Source: a candidate division FCPU426 bacterium (lineage in GTDB: Bacteria; Oederibacteriota; Muellerivitia; Muellerivitales; Muellerivitaceae). Taken from it: a stretch of 64,000 nt of DNA. The DNA is taken from NCBI GenBank assembly GCA_963738405.1, contig CAVTWJ010000019.1, positions 32,001-96,000 on the forward strand. Reading direction: 5' to 3'. The notes below the pieces were generated by a model. It was not told the DNA's origin and did not search any database. It worked only from the letters and a program-made list of their open reading frames with translations. The translations under genes were made by a program, and so were the position numbers. Shown here piece by piece: positions 47,414 through 57,560 of the stretch; position 1 is the stretch's first letter, and every line of letters begins with the position of its first letter.

Positions 47414-48184
47414 TTATGTTTTTAAAGGAAGGTCGGGAAACTGCGTGGAAAGATCGCCCTGAAACACCATAGGCCCCACGTGGCTCAGGCGGCTTTGAAG
47501 GTCCACCCAAATCTCGCCGCCCATGTCGGTCCAACGCCGGCAGAAACTGAAATCCTCGCTTAAATAAACCCCCGCCTGCTCGTCCAGGATGCAGTTGAAG
47601 AGGGCGTAGAGGAAATTTCTTTTCTTCCCGACTTCCTGGGCGCTGAACTGGCCCGAATACTTAAGTTGGGGATACTTCTCAATCATGGCCAGCAGCACGG
47701 ATCGTTTGATCAGCATGAACCCCGTGCCCGCGTAGCGCACCTTGGCGAAAACGCCCTTTACCTCTATTTTTTCGGGGTTCTCCGCGCCCACTACGTAGGC
47801 CAGGGAGGCGGATTCGATGCGTTGGATCCCCGCCTTGGCCTGGGCTGTCACCCGGTTCCAGTCGATCACCTTGGCCGGGTAAACCCCCGCCGAAACATCC
47901 GCGTTGAATTGGAGAAGCCTAAAGACCTGGTCCGGGTCAAAGCCAATGTCCGCGTCGATAAAGAGAAGGTGGGTGGCCGAGTCCATCTCGAGGAACTGGG
48001 CCACCAAATCCTGCCGGGCACGGGGAATCAGGGCGTCCCCGTACATCATATTGACCTGTAGGTTGATGTTTCCCATCTGGTGGCAGGCGTCTTTGAGGCG
48101 CAAAAGGGAATTGGCGTAGAAGGCCGTGACCTGGCCCCCGTAGCAGGGGGTCGCCACGACCAGTTGGATGGGGGAATCGGCCAT
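47414..48184 (-). CDS. GT-A fold glycosyltransferase-like protein
   Basis: [18 protein letters not shown] (DxD), [15 protein letters not shown]. Confidence 0.8.
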   Translation of the reverse strand: MADSPIQLVVATPCYGGQVTAFYANSLLRLKDACHQMGNINLQVNMMYGDALIPRARQDLVAQFLEMDSATHLLFIDADIGFDPDQVFRLLQFNADVSAGVYPAKVIDWNRVTAQAKAGIQRIESASLAYVVGAENPEKIEVKGVFAKVRYAGTGFMLIKRSVLLAMIEKYPQLKYSGQFSAQEVGKKRNFLYALFNCILDEQAGVYLSEDFSFCRRWTDMGGEIWVDLQSRLSHVGPMVFQGDLSTQFPDLPLKT

Positions 48185-48234
48185 GGGCCCATCATATCCA
48201 GGGGGCCGGGAAGCCTCCACGGAAAACCGCTCCC

Positions 48235-48711
48235 CTAAAACTTATGGCCTTGAACCTGGAATATGTTTTGCCGAACCGCCTCATAGAGAACAATCCCGAC
48301 GGAGGTGGAAAGGTTCAGGCTTCGAATAGTTTGATCCACCTGTGGAATCCGGTACATCTGATCCTTATAGATTTCGTAGAAGTCCTTGGGCAATCCAGCT
48401 GTTTCCTTGCCGAAAATCAGGTAGGCCCCTTGGGAAAAATCGGCGTCCCAATAGACCCTCGAGCCCTTGGTGGAAAGGAACATCATGGGAATATTGGGGT
48501 TAATTTTTTCGAGGAACTTATCCCAGGAGGCGTAACGGTGGGGGTTCACCTTTTCCCAGTAGTCGAGACCAGCTCGGTGAAGTTCCTTTTCATCCAGGTG
48601 AAACCCTAATCGCCCCACCAGGTGAAGCTCCGCCCCCGCCCCCAGGCAGGTGCGGCCAATGTTGCCGGTGTTCCAAGGTATTTCGGGCTCGATGAGGACA
48701 ACGTGAATCAT
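48235..48711 (-). CDS. trmL: tRNA (cytidine/uridine34-2'-O)-methyltransferase
   Basis: EPEIPWNTGNIGR, RAGLDYW, FGKETAGL, RSLNLS. Confidence 0.95.
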   Translation of the reverse strand: MIHVVLIEPEIPWNTGNIGRTCLGAGAELHLVGRLGFHLDEKELHRAGLDYWEKVNPHRYASWDKFLEKINPNIPMMFLSTKGSRVYWDADFSQGAYLIFGKETAGLPKDFYEIYKDQMYRIPQVDQTIRSLNLSTSVGIVLYEAVRQNIFQVQGHKF

Positions 48712-48779
48712 GAATCTATTCCTTTATTTCGAAATTTTGATCGTCCAATCCGGGTCCCCGGCGTGGACAACATTTACAC

Positions 48780-49148
48780 TTAATATTTCTTTTTTTCTAA
48801 ACGCTTTCGCCTGTTAGAATCCCATTCAGTTCCGCCCAAGAGCCCCAGAAATCCAAACACAACTATACCTGGAATCCCAAAGGCTGTTCCGAATGCGACA
48901 ATTCCAACCCCACCGAAAACCGCACCAAGGATCGCTCCTATCGTGCCTAAAGTGAGTTTCCCGCCCTCATCACGTACAACCTTTTTCCATATTTCCATCC
49001 ATCGCGCGCGAAAATTGGTGTTCTCTAGGCTTGCTTCAATAAACTGAGTAAACTTTTTTATTTGAAATTCCTGGAGCAAGTCTTGCAACTCCTTAATGCG
49101 ATCCTTAAATCGATCTGTACTCCCGTGAAATTCTTCAATATAGCTCAT
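48780..49148 (-). CDS. Hypothetical membrane protein (AT-rich)
   Basis: RBS AAGGAG; Gly-rich hydrophobic hairpin followed by a basic C-terminus. Confidence 0.65.
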   Translation of the reverse strand: MSYIEEFHGSTDRFKDRIKELQDLLQEFQIKKFTQFIEASLENTNFRARWMEIWKKVVRDEGGKLTLGTIGAILGAVFGGVGIVAFGTAFGIPGIVVFGFLGLLGGTEWDSNRRKRLEKKKY

Positions 49149-49232
49149 TCGGACTCCTTATGACCGACCTCTTAAATCATCGATAAATGCCTCTCCCTCG
49201 TGGACAGTCAATCCTAAAAATCGCCGATGAAA

Positions 49233-49853
49233 TTATGGCGCTGCAAAAGCCGCGCTAAAGGTTTCTCGAGCTCGTATTCTTCGGCCTGTGGCCGGGTCAT
49301 AGGCCACGGTCTCATTGTCCTTATCTCCATAAAAACTAAACTTGCGGCGATGAATGCGGGGCGGTTTTCGGTCTTCCGAGGCGTCAATATAGGTCACTAC
49401 CCAATCATGAAAGTTTTCCACAAGGCCGCAATGGGTATCGGTGTCCTTGTCGTCGATATGGCCGTCATGGTTTTTATCATAGGTCTTATTGAAAATCAAA
49501 ATGTCGCCCGGCTGAATATCGGCGGCCTTGGGACGCCGGGTCTTCTTCTTTTCCAGATAGATGCGCAAGTCTTTGGTGAGGTTGTGGCCTAAAAAACTGT
49601 ATTTGCTGAAAAACCGGTCCATTGCGGGCGAATGGTAGCAGGCCATTACGAAATGGGAACAGTCGATTTTCCAGTCGGACCGGGTTTGAAGGTAGTTTTC
49701 GGCGTTTTGAATGGCTTCCTGGGGAGAAGCCTGATAACCGGGGTGTTGAACCTCATACCCCACCGACGCGCAGCCCGATAAGAACCCGGCCGACAGCGCA
49801 AGTAAAAGGCCCAGGCGGAAAAACGAACCCTGGTTTTTGCTTGCTGAAACCAT
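49233..49853 (-). CDS. NlpC/P60-like lipoprotein
   Basis: Lipobox LSGC, DCSHF catalytic Cys, PGDILIF, THCG. Confidence 0.8.
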   Translation of the reverse strand: MVSASKNQGSFFRLGLLLALSAGFLSGCASVGYEVQHPGYQASPQEAIQNAENYLQTRSDWKIDCSHFVMACYHSPAMDRFFSKYSFLGHNLTKDLRIYLEKKKTRRPKAADIQPGDILIFNKTYDKNHDGHIDDKDTDTHCGLVENFHDWVVTYIDASEDRKPPRIHRRKFSFYGDKDNETVAYDPATGRRIRARETFSAAFAAP

Positions 49854-52415
49854 TTATCCGCCTTGCCCCCAGCGGGAAATGAGGGCGTGGATATTGGCGA
49901 AAGCCACTGAAAGGGGAACTTCGCTGGGTGCGGCTAGGTAACGGGGCAGCCATTCGGGATTGAACCGATCCCTCTTTCGCCGGACTTCCAAGGTATGGTC
50001 ATCCTTGGAATGGGGGGAAAGAAGCCCCGGCATCCACCGTTCAAAGGGAGCAAGCGGTCCTTGAGCGGTATTGAGAAGGGAAGCGTGGCCCAGATGGAAC
50101 CACTTCAGACCCTTTTTCGATGCCCAGGCCATGGCCTCCATGGTCAGGTAATCTTCCAACGCTTCCCTGTCCTCCGAATCGCATCGCAAAAGATCCAAAA
50201 CCATTTCCCCCACGGCGGGGGCAATCCTCAAGCTGGCAAAGGCGGTGATTCTTCCCTCTTCTTTTACCAGGGCCAGGGGGAAATTTTGAAGATAGTCGGG
50301 GTTGAAAAAGCCGGTGGAAAACCCCTTCTCCCTAGTTTTTCGCAGGGTGAGCCATTTTTCAGAGACCGCCCTTAGCTGGGCGATGAGCTTGGAATCATAA
50401 GGCGGCTCCAGCACCTCAAAGGCAAATTCATCTTTAGATTTGTATTGTTGGTAGGTTCCCTTTAATTCGGTGCCGGGCAAGGTTTCGGGATTAAACCCAT
50501 CAAGTTTCACCCTAGCCGCCTCGGCCACCTTAAGCACCGTCAGCCCCATATCCAGGTAAAAACTGAAATGGTCCTGGTGTACGAGATAAAAGAGCGCCCA
50601 AGCCTTCTTTTTACGGCACAGTTCCTTGAAACGCAGCGCCAGATCTTCCCTTTCTTTTTCCGGCCCCACCGGGTCACCCAGGGTCACCCAGCACCTGCCC
50701 TCGATGGCGTACATCAAAAACGCGTCTTCCTTTTTGTTAAAGAGAATGGCTTTGTCCCCTAGCAGGGAAAGATAAGCGGAAGCACGGGTTGTTTCTTTCA
50801 ACAGGTTCTTAACTTTTTCCAAAATCTCATCATTCGGCAGTTCGGTTTCCGGCTGGGTGGGGGAAAGAAGCGCCGCCAGGGAAAAGATCAGCAGGACCAG
50901 GCTGGTGCCCAAGGTCGAACGGAGAAACCGGGCCGAATCAAAGGCCAGGTCGAAGGTAGTCCAAAGATCCGAGGAATAATCCTCAATCGCGTGGTATGAA
51001 AAAACCCCGACCCAGATGGAACCCAGCCACACGAAAAGTATGGCCGCTACCCAAAAGGGCGGAAATCTTTGCTGGGCCAAAGAGGATTTGCGGGGAAAAA
51101 GGCTCCGCACGGGCAATAGCAGAAGGAACAACACCAGCAGCACGATACTTTCCTTGTAATCAAAACCCTTAAAAATGCAGCCCAGCATGCCCAGGGCCGA
51201 CAAAATGAGCGCCGCCGTATGGGCCCCTTCCAGTCGTTTTTGAATCCCCCGGGCTGTCAAGAGAAGCCCCGCCGCCACCAACCCCACGGTGAAATGGGAC
51301 ACTTCGATCAAGGGAAGCTGGACGAATTCCCCCAGCCAGGCCATGCGCCGTGAGGATTCGGGCGTGACGTTGAAAAAGAGAAGCATGGCCCCGGCCCCGA
51401 AGGTCAAAAAGGCGAAGACGGGCGGGCCGAAATCGGGAATCCAACGGTTGAGAATTTGAAGGGCCCGGGTAAAGCCCTGGCGGTTGCGGATAATTTCCAC
51501 GATCGCGAAGGTCCCCAGGGCGATTGAGAAGGGCAGCAGGTAATAAACCAGGCGGAAGGCTAAAAGGGCGCCCAATATGTCCGGCGCGTGGAGAACTGGG
51601 GATAACAGAAGCATTACGACCGTCTCCAGGATGCCCAAGCCTCCCGGCACCTGGCTGGCGAAGCCCGCGATTTGGGCCAAGAGATAGATGGCCATGAAGG
51701 AGGGGAAAGACAATGAATTGGTGGGTAAAAGAAGGTAAAGGGCCGCGCCGGAGCAAATCCAATCCAGGCTTCCCACGGCCATTTGCCCCAAGGCGAAACC
51801 CAGGGAGGGGGTCGGGAATTCCCATTTCCCAAGCTTCAGGGTGTGTTTGACCAGAATACTGCTGCATAGGTAAACCGCGATCAGGATCAGGCAAAAGACC
51901 CCGGCGGAAAACACCGAATTAAAGGGCAGGTGGACGGAGGGCGGCAGTTCGGGCGGCTGAAGAAAAAAGAAGACGCTGCCCATGGTGATAAACCCCACCC
52001 AAAAGGTCATGACGCAAAGCAAAATGACCTTGGCCGCTTCCCCGGCCGAGAGCCCCCAGGCGGAATAAAACCGGTAGCGGATGCCCCCGCCCGTCAGCAC
52101 CGAGGCCCCGATGTTGTGGCTGAAGGCGTAGGCGATGAAGGAGGTCAGGGCCGCCTTGCCGTAGGAAATATTCTTTCCCAAGTGCCGCAAGGCCAAAAAA
52201 TCGTAAAGAGAAAGGGCGAAGTAGCTGCCCATGGCGGCAAGAAAGGCCAGGGAGAACTGCTGGAAGGGAATCTGGCGGAGGTAATAAAAAACCTCATCCG
52301 TATGGCTTATTTTGACTTCCCGCCGCAGGACCCAAAGGGCCGCGTAAAAGAGAAGCAGGGTAATGAGAATCCCGGCGGTCTGCATGAGCTTGCCGCGGGT
52401 GGGGGTTTGTTCCAT
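49854..52415 (-). CDS. mprF: MprF-like aminoacyl-phosphatidylglycerol flippase/synthase
   Basis: RYRFYS, VPGGLGILE, LGDK, LGDPVG, EKGFS, FNPEWLPRYLA. Confidence 0.9.
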   Translation of the reverse strand: MEQTPTRGKLMQTAGILITLLLFYAALWVLRREVKISHTDEVFYYLRQIPFQQFSLAFLAAMGSYFALSLYDFLALRHLGKNISYGKAALTSFIAYAFSHNIGASVLTGGGIRYRFYSAWGLSAGEAAKVILLCVMTFWVGFITMGSVFFFLQPPELPPSVHLPFNSVFSAGVFCLILIAVYLCSSILVKHTLKLGKWEFPTPSLGFALGQMAVGSLDWICSGAALYLLLPTNSLSFPSFMAIYLLAQIAGFASQVPGGLGILETVVMLLLSPVLHAPDILGALLAFRLVYYLLPFSIALGTFAIVEIIRNRQGFTRALQILNRWIPDFGPPVFAFLTFGAGAMLLFFNVTPESSRRMAWLGEFVQLPLIEVSHFTVGLVAAGLLLTARGIQKRLEGAHTAALILSALGMLGCIFKGFDYKESIVLLVLFLLLLPVRSLFPRKSSLAQQRFPPFWVAAILFVWLGSIWVGVFSYHAIEDYSSDLWTTFDLAFDSARFLRSTLGTSLVLLIFSLAALLSPTQPETELPNDEILEKVKNLLKETTRASAYLSLLGDKAILFNKKEDAFLMYAIEGRCWVTLGDPVGPEKEREDLALRFKELCRKKKAWALFYLVHQDHFSFYLDMGLTVLKVAEAARVKLDGFNPETLPGTELKGTYQQYKSKDEFAFEVLEPPYDSKLIAQLRAVSEKWLTLRKTREKGFSTGFFNPDYLQNFPLALVKEEGRITAFASLRIAPAVGEMVLDLLRCDSEDREALEDYLTMEAMAWASKKGLKWFHLGHASLLNTAQGPLAPFERWMPGLLSPHSKDDHTLEVRRKRDRFNPEWLPRYLAAPSEVPLSVAFANIHALISRWGQGG

Positions 52416-52472
52416 AGGTTCCTATTTTTTACCACGAAGGCGGGGAAGTAAAACCTTAATGCGGATTAACTT

Positions 52473-53237
52473 TTATGGGGACAGTCTTTCCCTCTGCCAC
52501 TTGGTTCCCTTTTTAACATATCTTAAGCGGTCGTGGAGCCGGTTGGGCTTTCCACTCCAGAATTCAAACCGGTCGGGGGTGAGGCGGAAGCCTCCCCAAT
52601 AGGGCGGCCGGGGAACAGTCTTTCCCTTGAACTTTTCCTCGAACTCCTCGGTCTTCTTTTCCAAATACTCGCGATTGGGGACCCTTTGGCTCTGCCGGGA
52701 AACCCAGGCGGATATTTGGCTTCCCCTGGGGCGGGAGTGAAAATAACTGTCCGATTCCGCGGCGCTGACCCGTGCCACCCGGCCGTCCACCCGCACCTGG
52801 CGGGATAGGGTGGGCCAATAGAACAAAAGACCCGCCAGGGGCCTGCGCGCCAGCTCCCTTCCCTTTTGGCTTTCGTAATTGGTGAAGAAAACAAAACCCT
52901 TGGGGTCGAACTCTTTTAAGAGGACGGTGCGGAGAGCGGGCCTGCCGTCAAGCCCTAGGGTGGATAGTGTCATGGCGTTGGGGTCCAGCAGACGGGCCTT
53001 TAAGGTATCGCCAAACCACTGCTGAAAAAGTTTGAAGGGGTCGGGAGAGGCCGTCTCCTCTTTCAATCCCCCTCTTTTGTACTCACGCTTCACGACCGCA
53101 AGCGCCCGCAGGGCCTGCTGAAACCAGTAGCGGGAAAATTGAAAGGGGTTGGACCTGCGCCCCGGCCGCGCGAAATCGGCGTCATATTCCCGTCGAAGAC
53201 CCGACGGGACATTTTTCTTTTTGGATGTTTCTTTCAT
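52473..53237 (-). CDS. pdxH: Pyridoxamine 5'-phosphate oxidase, copy 2 (N-terminally extended)
   Basis: RTVLLK, FFTNYESQKG, RQVRV, PRPPYWGG, EFW, RLHDR, RLSP. Confidence 0.92.
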   Translation of the reverse strand: MKETSKKKNVPSGLRREYDADFARPGRRSNPFQFSRYWFQQALRALAVVKREYKRGGLKEETASPDPFKLFQQWFGDTLKARLLDPNAMTLSTLGLDGRPALRTVLLKEFDPKGFVFFTNYESQKGRELARRPLAGLLFYWPTLSRQVRVDGRVARVSAAESDSYFHSRPRGSQISAWVSRQSQRVPNREYLEKKTEEFEEKFKGKTVPRPPYWGGFRLTPDRFEFWSGKPNRLHDRLRYVKKGTKWQRERLSP

Positions 53238-53268
53238 GGGGAAGCTTTTCCTTCTAACGGAATTCTCT

Positions 53269-53916
53269 TTAGGGAGAAAGCCGGTCGATGAGCCATTTGC
53301 CGGAGCTTTTCAGGCGGTATCGGAACCGGTCATGCAGGCGGTCGGCCCGTCCCATCCAAAATTCAAACTCCTCGGGGACTAACCGGTATCCTCCCCAGTG
53401 CGGCGGCCGGGGCACGGGCTGCCCCCGGAATTCCTTATCATATTTTCCCATACGGTTCTCGAAAAACTCGCGTCCCGGGATCACCCGGCTTTGCACCGAA
53501 GCCCAGGCTGAAATCTGGTTGGCCCGGGGCCGAAGTGCGAAATAATCGTCCGATTCCTTGGGTGAGATTTTTTGAATTCTTCCTTCGATTCGCACCTGCC
53601 TGAACAGAGGGACCCAATAAAACAGTATCCCCCCCGAGTTCTTTTTGGCGATCTCCGTTCCCTTTTGGCTTTTGTAATTGGTGAAAAATACGAACCCCCG
53701 GGCGTCAAAACCCTTCAACAACAGGGTTCGAACCGAGGGTTTGCCGGAAACCGAAACCGTGGCCAGGGTAAAAGCGGTGGCGTCGGTATTTTTTTCTTTC
53801 AGGGCCTCCCGGAACCATTTCTGAAACAGCTGGAAGGGGTTGGGAGGGAGGCTTTTGAAGGTGATCCCCCGGCTGCGGTAATCACGTGGAAGGGTTTGAA
53901 GGGAAAGTTTGGCCAT
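53269..53916 (-). CDS. pdxH: Pyridoxamine 5'-phosphate oxidase, copy 1
   Basis: RTLLLK, FFTNYKSQKG, RQVRI, PRPPHWGG, RLHDR, RLSP. Confidence 0.92.
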   Translation of the reverse strand: MAKLSLQTLPRDYRSRGITFKSLPPNPFQLFQKWFREALKEKNTDATAFTLATVSVSGKPSVRTLLLKGFDARGFVFFTNYKSQKGTEIAKKNSGGILFYWVPLFRQVRIEGRIQKISPKESDDYFALRPRANQISAWASVQSRVIPGREFFENRMGKYDKEFRGQPVPRPPHWGGYRLVPEEFEFWMGRADRLHDRFRYRLKSSGKWLIDRLSP

Positions 53917-54029
53917 GTCTGGCTCCCGTTGGAGGCATTGAATAACCCGGCTATCATAACACCTGCGTCTATTTGCCGAGTTTTCTGGGATGACAAATCC
54001 CCCCTCTTATCCGTTACAATAGCCACGTG

Positions 54030-54065
54030 AAAAAGGCGCGCCGGTTTTCCGGGGCGCCTTTTTTT
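54030..54065. terminator. Terminator-like hairpin
   Basis: AAAAAGGCGC...GCGCCTTTTTTT. Confidence 0.6.
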
Positions 54066-54281
54066 ACTCAGGAATCAGGGAAGCTTCTGTCCTGTAGTAA
54101 TAACCAACAACTGTTAATGATCACGGAGAGATGGCAGATGGTCGGTCGCACCCCGAAGGCGCGCGCGACGAAAGCCTCCATCAAGAATAAAATAAATGTT
54201 TCTTTCGTCCATGCGTCTGAAGACGCATTCTGTCTCGCCGTAGGGGACGGAGAAATTACAAATGAAACTATGTTTTGACCC

Positions 54282-54371
54282 GGAGAGATGGCAGAGTGGT
54301 CGAATGCGTCTGACTCGAAATCAGATTTACGAGCGATCGTAACGGGGGTTCGAATCCCTCTCTCTCCGCCA
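54282..54371 (+). tRNA. tRNA-Ser(CGA)
   Basis: GGAGAGA/TCTCTCC acceptor stem, TCTGA-CTCGAAA-TCAGA anticodon arm, long variable arm, GGTTCGAATCC T arm, encoded GCCA end. Confidence 0.97.
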
Positions 54372-54410
54372 TTAAAGCCCAGTTCCCCGTAAGGGGGGCT
54401 GGGCTTTAAT
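54371..54410 (+). terminator. Long hairpin directly after the tRNA
   Basis: ATTAAAGCCCAGTTCCCC-GTAA-GGGGGGCTGGGCTTTAAT. Confidence 0.7.
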
Positions 54411-54566
54411 GTTGATGGGGTGGATTCGAACCTAGGTTCGCCGCCGCCTATGGCGGCGGTTCGAAAAATTCAAAAAAGAATTAAATTTTTAAATAATATT
54501 CTTTTCGACCTGAGCGCTCTCTCCGCTCCCCAAGTCGAATAGAGCAAAACCTCTCTCTTCACAACC

Positions 54567-56675
54567 TCAATGCCCGTCATTGACCTCTGGCGCAGTCACC
54601 GCCAGGGGCGTGGCGGTGGGCATGGGCGTCGGCACAGGCCAGCGGACCCAGGGGATATGTCCGTCCCGGATCAAGTCGTGGGCCAAAAGCTCCCCAAAGA
54701 ACATATTCCCCTCCGGCGTGAGATGGTCATTGCCCCCGTTCTCGCTTAAGGGGTAAAAGGTTACGCGCAGGGCGGTCATCTCGTCGTTGGTATCCATGTG
54801 ATAAATCCCATACCGCTTGCAGACATCCGCCCAGATGGAGGGATCCTCAGGATTGGGCCTGACGACCCCCGTGTGGGTCGTGCAGAGGACCAGCCGGACA
54901 GGCTGTCCGCTGGAGGTCCGCATTTGGGAGAGCTCTTGGTTCAACAGGTTGATCGGCGCCCCGTACATTCTCACCAGCACATCGTGGAACTCGGGCTTCG
55001 AAAACAAGGAATCATTAAAAAGAAAATTGTTTTCCTGCACCGTAACCAGATTCTCCTTTTTCGCCAGGTCATAAAATTCCCGGGCCAGCCCTTCCGGTAT
55101 CCGCTTCTCGGGGGGTTTGAGCCGGTATTCCATATCCCAGGGCCAAAAGGGAATGCCGTCCTTGGTGGGCGGGCACTTGAAGTAAAAGAGGAAAGGATAA
55201 ACCGTGTAAACCGCCGGGGGCTGAAGAATCACCACCAGGTCGATGTCGTCTTTTTTGCACACATTCAGGAACCTCGTAATTGGGCCAGAGGAAAAGGGGG
55301 TCCCCCGCCGAATGGTGCAGTCCAAAAACCTCAAATTTCAGGGGCTGGTCGTCCATGGACGCGAGGGCGTTGAGTTCCAGCTCCATGCGCTTGGAGGTGC
55401 TCAAGATGCGGGGCCATCCTTCGGGAAGCCCCGGACTGGAAATCTTTACCTTGTAGGGATGGGTAACCACCATGGTGGCCCGGGAATCCCCCACGTAAAG
55501 AATACGGTAAGTATGGGGTTGTTTTTTAAGGGGATATTCGGGCTCCGCTACCCCGATGGAATTGCGGCCGTCTCCCCCTGCCGTGGGCCATCCGTAAATA
55601 TCCCGGAAGGTCAGGATCGAGTTGAATTGGGGATTATAAAAAAGAGTTTGCGTTCGTTGTTGGGGTCGCTGACAAAGCGGCCTGGAATATTCGCCGGCAG
55701 GTTGGTAAAGGGGTAGAGATTTTGGCCTGCCTCGGGAACCGGGTCTCCCCAAACGCTTACGAAAGAGACAGGCTGATTTAAATTGGAGGGCAAAAGCCTT
55801 TGGAGGGGCGCTTCCAAACTGGCTTGAAGCGCGTACAGAAACCCGTTGGTTTCCGCCAGGGATAATACGCTGGCGGTGGCGGTTAAGGGGCCCGTCAAGG
55901 TCGCCGACCCGTCCACTGTCCATTCCAAGCCAAAAACAAGGGGACTATTAAGATCCCCGACATAAAGCTTGTTCCCCGCCCCGACGGTACAAAGCGCCGT
56001 GGGGTGCAAGGGCCCCGCCGTGGTCGGCGGAATCACAGTCACCTTTTCGGTTTTCAGATCCAGCTTTCTTAGGGTTCCCGCTTCGGTGCAGGTGATGAAA
56101 AGAGAATCCACCGAACTAGCGTAAGACATATCCCGGATGCCCGCCATGGAAACCAGGCTGGCCGGACCTTCCACCTGGGTCGCGGAGGATAATCCCGCAA
56201 GCGTCGAGACCACGCCGCTTTTCAGGTCAATCAACCTTATCAGTTGGTTCCCGAAGTCATTGACCGCCAAACGATCCCCCGGCAGGTAAACCACGTTTTT
56301 AGGCTGGTTAAACTGAGCTTGGGCGAGGGTGCCGTTTTGCTTTCCGGGTTTATCCTGCCCGGAAAGGGTATCCACCGCGTTGTCGGCGTCCAAATGGACA
56401 ATGCGGATGCGGTTGTTTCCCGAATCAGCGACATAAAGTTTGGTGCTGTCGGGACTGATGGCCAGGCCCATGGGCGACTTGAAACGGGCCCGTGTGAAAC
56501 TGCCATCCTCGAATCCAACCTCGCCCGACCCCGCCACCAGGTCGATACTATAGGAAGACATGGGCTTAACGGCCCAAAGGTAGTTTGGGGAAACACAGAG
56601 AAGGATGAGGAAACAGGTCCGGAGAATGCCCGTGAAATAATTTCTAAAAATCCAGAATAGTCGTCTGAAGGCCAT
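54567..56675 (-). pseudogene. Secreted NHL-repeat plus SGNH/GDSL-hydrolase-like protein (~702 aa) split by two homopolymer frameshifts
   Basis: Three overlapping ORFs join into signal peptide, NHL repeats (LYVADSGNNRIR), YVGDS and NDHLTPEG. Junctions fall at A6 (55638-55643) and T6 (55251-55256). Confidence 0.75.
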
Positions 56676-56810
56676 ATAAAACTCCTACCTAAAGTTAGGA
56701 AAGGCCAAACCGACGACATGATACCCCTCTCCGACAGGGGATAAGAACTTAATATCGGAAAGGGTTATTCTTATTAAAAAATGATATGGAACCAAAGAAT
56801 CTGAAACAGG

Positions 56811-57482
56811 CTATCGCTGGACCTTAATATTAATCATGCCGTTTTGAAGGGTTCCGTACAAGCGCACCCAAAGGGCCAGGTACATTTCGGGGCCCCGGGA
56901 GGCCGAAATATCCCCCAGATCCAAAATATCCGTCCAGCCGAAAGACTTAAGCAGATGGGCCGTTTTTTCCTTGGCGTCCTTATCGTTTCCCGCCATGAAA
57001 ATCGTATGGTCCCCACCCTTGAGCGACTGGGGGTTGACCATGACGGGCGCGGCGATGGTGTTGAGTGATTTCACCACCTTCAGGTTGGGAAAGGCCTTCT
57101 GGATATTCTCGGCCACGGAACGGTCCTGGCTGGCGAAGACACCCGGCGGCATGCCCTTGCTGAAATCAAGCTCGTTGGCGGTGTCGATGATCACCTTATA
57201 ACCCACCTTATCCGCCTCAGCCATATGAAGAGCCTCCACCGAAATTTGTCCGTGGGTGGCGTTGATCAGCAAATCTCCCTGAGCCGCGGCTTCCTTGAAG
57301 GTGACGACCTTGGCCTTGTGATCCACGCTGGCCAGCCACTCGTTCAAGGTGCCCGCCATATTTTTTTTCTCGTCCAGCTTTTTCGGGTCCCGGGTTCCCA
57401 AAAACACCTCATGTCCCAGTTCCACCAGCTTTTTCCCTAAGGTTTGCGCCACGACTCCCGAACCGATGAGGCCTATTTTCAT
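56811..57482 (-). CDS. NADPH-dependent F420 reductase-like NAD(P)-binding oxidoreductase
   Basis: MKIGLIGSG, IDTAN, VVKSLNT, AGND, DLGDI. Confidence 0.88.
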   Translation of the reverse strand: MKIGLIGSGVVAQTLGKKLVELGHEVFLGTRDPKKLDEKKNMAGTLNEWLASVDHKAKVVTFKEAAAQGDLLINATHGQISVEALHMAEADKVGYKVIIDTANELDFSKGMPPGVFASQDRSVAENIQKAFPNLKVVKSLNTIAAPVMVNPQSLKGGDHTIFMAGNDKDAKEKTAHLLKSFGWTDILDLGDISASRGPEMYLALWVRLYGTLQNGMINIKVQR

Positions 57483-57560
57483 ATTTTTCCCCTCGATGAA
57501 TAATTTATTTCGGCCAATGCTATGAAGGCTTTCGAAAGGAAAGCAAGAGTCGTGGGGATT

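Noticed and set aside
54145..54185. c-di-GMP-I riboswitch (GACGAAAGCCTCC resembles GACGCAAAGCCTCC)
   Set aside because: The GCAAA-P1/GNRA arrangement and the CTAA receptor are absent, and it precedes a tRNA.
54165..54260. Hammerhead ribozyme (CTGAAGA plus GAAA) upstream of the tRNA
   Set aside because: Stem II cannot be closed in any permutation, and CTGAAGA lies inside the ATGCGTC/GACGCAT hairpin.
54027..54278. 83-aa ORF upstream of the tRNA
   Set aside because: It runs through a terminator-like hairpin and tRNA-derived fragments and has no RBS or protein-like features.
54282..56675. Integrated element at tRNA-Ser
   Set aside because: There is no integrase, and the only 3'-end duplicate is 10 bp long and about 150 bp away.
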